Source: Octopus bimaculoides
Lineage: Eukaryota
NCBI RefSeq assembly: GCF_001194135.2
Contig: NC_068992.1
Coordinates: 66,932,556-66,996,555 of the forward strand
Reading direction: 5' to 3'
DNA length: 64,000 nt
The position numbers were made by a program, and so were the translations under genes. The notes below the pieces were generated by a model. That model worked only from the letters and a program-made list of their open reading frames with translations, did no database searches and had not been told where the DNA came from. Positions 56,880-64,000 of the stretch are shown in pieces. Position 1 is the first letter of the stretch. Each line of letters begins with the position of its first letter.

Positions 56880-57330
56880 TTAGATGCAATCGTCTATCTT
56901 GATGATACATTAATTGAAGAAGTCATAACCTTGCCAACGAAAGTAAAGGAAAAGATTTGGCCACGATCCCCCACTGATAAGAAGGACACATTGGAACGAA
57001 GCTAATCAGAATGAAATGAAATCAACGACAAAGCTATAACGGTAACAAGAGTTACAGGAAGAACAATATATCCAGGCATTAATCTAAATTGCTTCCCAAA
57101 ATGCTGAGTAATGAGGTTGAGGCTGAACGAAGAAACTAAATGACGTACACCTAATTACTAATGTATGGATGTAATTAAGGCAATTATAATCCCAATGACT
57201 TTGTGTCTGACAAAATAAATACCAGTCAAGAATTAATATTGATATCATCGACTTTAGTCAATCGGTTGTGGATGGAATATAAAATATGTCAAAACGCAAA
57301 AATGCCTAAAACCATTATCCATCTCGGGTC
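56880..57330 (+). mobile_element. Possible Ty3/Gypsy RT relic
   Basis: DAIVYLDDTLI (YLDD at 56895-56906) resembles the Gypsy (V/I)YLDDILI motif; downstream similarity is weak. Confidence 0.3.
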
Positions 57331-58424
57331 AAATTAGCACCCATCACTTGCTCTGTGTGTGTCTCTGTGTGTCTGTGTGTATGTGTGTGGTGTAAATAGA
57401 GGGTACGGATGAAGATTTAGTATTTGCCTAGCTTCTGAAAAGTTCTACCCCTTCTCAGGGGATGTGAGTAATGATGGCGGGGGTAGGAGAAATTGAGTGA
57501 CGATAGTGGTGGGATACTGTAGACATCGACAAGGACAGTGTGAGAGGTATATTCTGGGGGCTATCAATTTCCATTTTCCTCTCTATAGGAGTGGCCATGT
57601 TGGAGCTGCCACCCCCGAGACATGTCTAAGATAATTGAAGGTTCATGAAAATGCACACACTCAGTGCACTTGTGTTTGTAACTTGTAAGTTTATTAATTG
57701 CAGAACGAATTTGTCTGTCAAAGAAGTCTATCTTGAAGAACAAACAACCATTTTATTTTGGCAAAGAACACTTCGTAATCTTCTGATTCCTGCTGTCTTT
57801 GGTGATGAGGGTTGTATGTTAGAAAAGTTGAAAGTTTCCATCTTGGATCTGTCTTTTCTTCTTAGGCTATGCCCGCCATCATAAACTTTTCACCAACTGT
57901 GGAGGAAGATAAAAAGATATCATGTGAGTGTAGAAATGCTTCCTTGCTGTTAAATGATGAATGGGAGTGGACAAATTCGTGTGGTTACGTGTATACGGTT
58001 TCGCATTAAGTACGTAGCTTTAGGATGGTGGCCGGAACAGGAAAAAGTCGTTCTTCTGAAGTTTTAGCGGGTGAACGTGGGTTGCGTGTGGTGTGCCCAA
58101 TATAACTCTGTAAATATCCTCCAATTTTGAGGATCCTTTCCTTGGTTTTATTTTTGGTTAGGTGTTGTCCTTTTATTTCACGGTGCTTCAATCTATTCGG
58201 CTGTAAAGAGTATCAGCTAGGCGCTGGTGCAGCTCACTCTTTCTCTAGCTTTCGCATGGTAGATGTTCCGTTAGGTGAAGAATTTGGCGGACTAGAAACA
58301 GCCTGTTTATTCAACACTTCTTAGACACCTAAGACGACCAAAGAATATGACAGACATTGTGAAACAATATTTGCTCGCTAGTGACAGTTAATTGTATGGG
58401 ACTTAATTAGCAGCAGTGTTAATA

Positions 58425-58479
<55 letters not shown>

Positions 58480-58857
58480 CGCACACATACATGCACATAT
58501 CTAATTACTGAATTACATTTACATTCAATGCATATATACATGACTGAGTGCTTGAAATATTTTTTGTGTGCGCACCTGTGTATCTCTCTCTCTATATATA
58601 TATATCGTAAATAACAAGAGTCTCACTCGGCCTCTACCATCTCTTCTAATTTCCATATTTATAGACTATTTTAGAATCGAGCTCTGAATTTATTTTTAAG
58701 TTCTTCCATTCTACTCGTTTTATGAATTGTTTTGCACTTGGGAAAAAAATATTCTTCGCCACAATCTTCGTGTTATCGAAAGACAACGAACACCTTTTTT
58801 TTTCTTGAAGAATCACTTTTCAAGCTGTCACACTCAAAACCTGGTGTTTATATTTCA

Positions 58858-59060
58858 CAGAACAGTATCGTTAGCACTGCGGGAAAAACGCTAACCGCCA
58901 TTTCACCCGTCTTTACATTCTGAGTTTGAAATCCGCCGAGGTCAATTTTGCCTTTCATCCTTTCGGAATCAATAAAATAAGAACCAGCTAAATTTTGGGG
59001 TCGGTTTAATCGACCCCGTCACTCCCCGAAACTTACAGGTTTTGTTCTTAAATTTGAAAC
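58858..59060 (+). mobile_element. Diverged tRNA-derived SINE family 1, tail type A-like
   Basis: ATCGTTAGCAC, GAGTTTGAAATCCGCCGAGGTCAATTTTGCCTTTCATCCTTTCGGAATCAATAAAATAAGAACCAG. Confidence 0.85.
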
Positions 59061-59074
59061 TTATTTTTGACTGA

Positions 59075-61414
59075 ACAGTGTTTTCTCAGTTTTATCGTCA
59101 TTGGTAGAATATTTCTTTCTGAATCTGCTCTTTTATTGTTTTATGTTGATTTTGTTAAGACACTAAATCAAATCCTAATATTTTTACTAAGGTTCATTAA
59201 TTAGTCATTCAATTATTTGCATTCCCGGTATTCTCTGTGTTTGATAATTTACCTCATCAGCATGTCACTATGGCAACTAATTAGTTTTTCTTTTGGTCTG
59301 AGCTAAACATTTATATTATTCTTAATACTGTTTCTAAGTGTTGTCTTGATTTGGGAAATATTCAACTCGGTTATTTAATGCCAGCCCAAATTTTGTACAT
59401 GTCTACTGTTTCAACCGACTTCAAATATTTACTGGAGTAAATTTACATGGCATGTAAAAAGTAGTGAGAGATAATGACTGCCCGGGGAATTCCATACTTG
59501 AATTTCACGCCTCTTGAAATGTTCTTGTCTTGTGAAGATCCAGATCCAGTTTCTCTACACTTACTGATGAACATTTGTCGTATCTCGGTGCTTTGATGCC
59601 CAACTTTTCCAACATTTGTTCATGTGTATATTATAGAAATCTCTACACACTGCTTGTTTTCCTGTCAATCCCTTAACGTTCCTAATCTCTTTGGCATGTA
59701 CTGATTTTTCTCTGCCCTTTCTAAAGCCTCTCTCTCTCTATATATATATCATTTTTTTTTCAACGGTTATATATCCTCTTCGACTATTTCTTTCTCTATA
59801 TGTTGTTAGAACACAAGAGACGTGTGTAGAATTCTTTGACCTCAGAGTGTCATTATTTTTCAGTAGAAACTTGTGTTCTTATTCTCTTCTTATATTCAGC
59901 TTGTTCATGCTTATGTTTAATCTCAAATATGCAACGTTCACCATTCAAATATGTTGGACTTTGTCAATCATTTGGTTTTTCTTTAGCGTTCTCTATTATA
60001 GATATATCTTTTTGTTTATATTTAGCGACACCATGTTTGTACACCTTATATCATCGGAAAGCAATTTTCCTTTTTGGTTCATCAGTTTCTCTATATAGAA
60101 CTCCTAAATTGGATGGCTGTTTACTTCGTGTTATGATACACTTGTATATTTTGTCCTGACTGTTTGTATATTACACTAGAAGCTACATAATATACACGAT
60201 TTATTGCTTTATATTCATATTTCATACGAGCTTTAGAGAATACACTTTGCTACTTTCATCCTCTTTTCTCTGTTATCATTTGCCAATAGAAAATATTGCA
60301 TATTTTTGTTCTTGCACAATTCTCCTACATGTTACCGATCGAAATTGGGTTTCTGGTTATTTTGTTCTCTTTTTAAACGAATTATTATTATTATTACTTT
60401 TGTGTACTTGCATTTTCTGTCTTTTAGCTTGTCGATGCTTAGCTCCAGGGCAACACTGCTCAAGCCCACACATTATCAGAAAGCATTCCAACTTTGACCG
60501 TCCCCTATGTTTTATTATTCAGTTACAGTGTGTCTATAAACATGCTATCCAGTATGTTGTTATGGTTAAGAGCGAAGGATGTGATTCCAGCATGACTTAA
60601 CAGTTATTCGTAATATGCCGAAGAAAGCCACGTCTTATGGCTTTCGTTGTAATGGCTCTAATTCTGTCTATAAATTGTACTTAGTTTGTGCTTATTATTA
60701 TACTTATTTCATCAATTAGCAGACTTCATTGTTGATAGGATAGGTATTCCGTTATTTAACTGGACAAGTGGTCCTTTGTTATCTTAAGAGTAATAAAGTC
60801 TATTTCTGAGAAACAAGTGTAACTCCTTTCCTTGGCTTCAGTATTCGGATGCAATTCTGCTTTCGTGTTTGGTTTCATTATTATTGCAGCCCTGGCTGCT
60901 ATACCATAGATTTCATATCATTAATAGCGAAATAATTTAGCAACGTATAATACCTCCCGTGGCTTATCAACGCTAAGTTCTTTATAGTTTGACTTGTTTT
61001 TCAAGAGTTCATGACATTCCATTCTGAGAATATTTAGTTCAGAGATAGAATGAATGGGAAATTCAACTCGGTGAATACATTATGAAGACGTATAACTTTC
61101 TCTGTTGAATGTTCTAAAGATTCATATTAGTTTTCTATAAAATCTAAGAAAGTAAATAACAGGCTGTATAGGTGGGGCACCTCCTTTCATCGTATTTTTA
61201 TTCGACAAAACGATGTGTTTATTTCGGGAGAAAATGTTTATCGAATATTTCTTATCACTGGACTGTTCCATTTTGAAACAACTTATTACATTTATCTTGT
61301 TTCGATTTATAGATTATAGGTGATAGATGAGTTTTTCTCTTATTTTGCTAAGTAAATCAATATTTTGGGTGTATTTACCAACGAAAGATAAAGTTCTTGG
61401 TATATAAAACGCAG

Positions 61415-61470
<56 letters not shown>

Positions 61471-61833
61471 AATAAACATACATACATGTATGCATAAAGT
61501 TCTGTTTAGAAAAGGACGATAATAAGATTCGGTATCATTCTTTAGTTTTCAATTCCCTTAATTACTTTTTTTTCCTCTCTTTTGAAATGCCTTTCATGAA
61601 AACTGTGTGCTAACAGGATTCAGAAAGAACTTTTCTCACATCCCATCCCGTCAAATCTTCTTCTTGTTAATGCTGTTGTTGTGTAGCCCCAGGCTTTCTT
61701 CAGTTAGAAATGAAAGAGTGTCCTGAATCTTTGTATGTCATTTAGTTTCTTTGGCGTTTCTTGTTAATTTATTTGTATATTGTTATTGTTATTGTTCATT
61801 GTCTTTATTATCATCATCATTATTATTATTATT

Positions 61834-61927
<94 letters not shown>

Positions 61928-63780
61928 GTGTTGCTGTCGTTGTTGTGCAAAGTGGTTTTATCTTCCCTATATTCTAATTAATTGTAAGCCTTGCGGTGTT
62001 GCAAATGAATTTGGTTGCTTATATTTTAATCATCCTCATGTGAATTACTGAATTAAAGTTCAATTATGTTTTCCTACCGTATATTTGGATGATTTCTCTA
62101 TCATTTGAGATATATTATTGACTGTTCGGAGTGTGTTTTTCGATTAGAAGGCATCTCCTTTCGTATTGGTTCTTGACAACAATATTCGGCCTGTTTGTTG
62201 CAATCTTCCTCTAGCTGTGTTCATAATTAATTTTCTTCTTTTAAAAGTGGTCATAGAACATGTTGCTAATTCCGAATTATATAGCAATCCGTATGTTTTC
62301 CGTATACATCAGTGCCTCTAGTTGCTTATCATCTGCTGTGTACAGGTTGAAGTCGTCCAAATACAAAGATGGTTGGTTTTATTTAACATCACGCAGGTAA
62401 GCAGTGGAGATCGGGGTCTACCTTTGTATATCATTCTCCTAATAGCGATCAGCTAATTCTTAAAAATTTCACCTTTTGTCTTTCTCCGTAGTACTATTTG
62501 CTTTTTACCAATGGTGTGTTAAATGTATTGTTCTATTATTGGTACCTCTGTATGTTTCTAGTATCCGTATTGCAGTAATATTTCAAAAGTTATTTGCTTG
62601 TAGTGATTAATTTGCAGTTGCTTTTCTACCATTCAAGAAATGGATTTTTCGTTTCTTTATTGTAAGCGTTCTCTGCGATATTAATGTTGCTAAGGTTTTG
62701 CAGTGTGTAGAAATTCTGATTGTAATTGCTGGCGATTTTTGTAGAAAGTTTGATTATAATGGCTGGCAATTTTGGTGTTTGCGATTTCTATACTTTTAAT
62801 AATTAAAATGGTTCTCTCTCGGTGAATCTGTATGGAATTTAAAATCAGCATTTTATTGAAGATCTCTGCATGGATATCACATGTCGTGAAATTTTTAATC
62901 CGAAATTTTGTACCTGAACGTACTTCCATCAAGGTTATAAATATTTTATCTTCAGCATTTGCACTGAATTTTGTGTCGGTCTCTCACTTTAGATGATGTG
63001 ACGTGACAACTGTTGCACAGCCTCGTCCATGGTGACACTTTCACGCGTCTGCTCTTTCGATTCCACAGTCTACTGCTCTCGTTGAGAACGTTGCATTGAT
63101 TTATTTCTACTTATTTTGACGTAATTCTGGATATATAAATAACTCGTTTTGTTTGGAGTAGCACTGTTATGTTCAAAGAATAATTGTCGCCTTTCGAACC
63201 GATGGATCCTGACATTTAACAAGGATCTCTTGTTCCAGGCTTTCTTTAGTCTTCAATGTTTCCTTTTTATGTCATAATTTTGTGCTACCATCTGCCTCTA
63301 CCCCCTCCTTTATCGTTTGTGACCTTTTTGTCAATGATTTCATGACGGATTGAGAGATATTTTTTCTTTGATTTTATATATATTTTTTTTTCTATGTGAT
63401 TTATTCTCCGTGTTGTTTACTTAGGTTATGGCATTCCTGTATGAATACATCTGAGGGAATGTCTATTCCCTTTATAAATACCATGGATGTTGTATAAATC
63501 ATTTCATTCCACCCGGTAATATTGATGTCAGTTTTATTTTTAACCCTTTCAGTTTATTATAGTTGACTGCTTTATTTCCATTGCAAGTCATTTTGTTGGT
63601 CCATAAGGAAATACGAATTGTTTTTATTTCTGCAATTTCTACCACTTTTAATATTACTAATTTCATGATTTTCAACTTTAGAAATTTTATGCTTAATTTA
63701 TCCTCAAATTCCATTTTATTCACATTTTTGTTTCTGTTGATTTTGTTCACAGCTTTCGTTTGGTTGTGCGTTGATAATTA
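59075..63780 (-). mobile_element. Heavily decayed R4/Dong-like non-LTR retrotransposon (RT plus C-terminal region)
   Basis: Minus strand NHL/LYLDDFNLYTADDKQLEAL..FG (YLDD at 62352-62363; cf. NHLLYMDDLKLY..ND.QLE.L) and a C-terminal EQIQKE../LRK near 59085-59140; the middle is barely recognisable and interrupted by microsatellites; may be more than one fragment; boundaries approximate. Confidence 0.5.
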
Positions 63781-63802
63781 GTATCTTGCTGTTGTTGCTA
63801 TC

Positions 63803-63814
63803 GTTATTATTATG

Positions 63815-63860
<46 letters not shown>

Positions 63861-63966
63861 GCAGGAGGAGGATGAATAATAGTATATTCTTCTTCTTCTT
63901 CTTCTTCTTCTTCTTCTTCTTCTTCTTCTTCTTCTTCTTCTTCTTCTTCTTCTTCTTCTTCTTCTC

Positions 63967-64000
<34 letters not shown>
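63803..64000. repeat. (TTA)n-(CTT)n-(TAA)n compound microsatellite
   Basis: Direct reading; runs off the window end. Confidence 0.96.

Noticed and set aside
58006-58191. YIGHT motif suggesting a GIY-YIG (Penelope) endonuclease
   Set aside because: No upstream GIY/GVY at the right spacing and no R..EH downstream
59228-59245. HADE as a degenerate YADD RT motif
   Set aside because: A much better YLDD context exists at 62352-62363, and this position fits the C-terminal region of that element

Overview
AT-rich eukaryotic genomic DNA, saturated with di-, tri- and tetranucleotide microsatellites and broken by 17 N-gaps (about 4.85 kb), nearly all flanked by simple repeats. The SINEs look like those I recall from octopus genomes, so this is probably an octopod scaffold (recognition only, not verified). 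I cannot identify any complete protein-coding gene, rRNA, tRNA gene or CRISPR array, and most ORFs in the supplied track are translated microsatellite or N. Supportable content: at least three tRNA-derived SINE families (one with two alternative 3' tails), a fourth dispersed repeat ending in (CAA)n, two decayed R4/Dong-like non-LTR retrotransposons, an RTE-type endonuclease relic and a possible Gypsy RT relic. The most interesting unexplained structures are a ~700-bp fold-back (13381-14089), an 81-nt pre-miRNA-like hairpin (46558-46638), a 219-bp near-identical local duplication carrying a possible 48-nt exon (30402-30620 / 32328-32546), and several small minus-strand exon candidates that may belong to a large-intron gene. 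All exon calls are low confidence.
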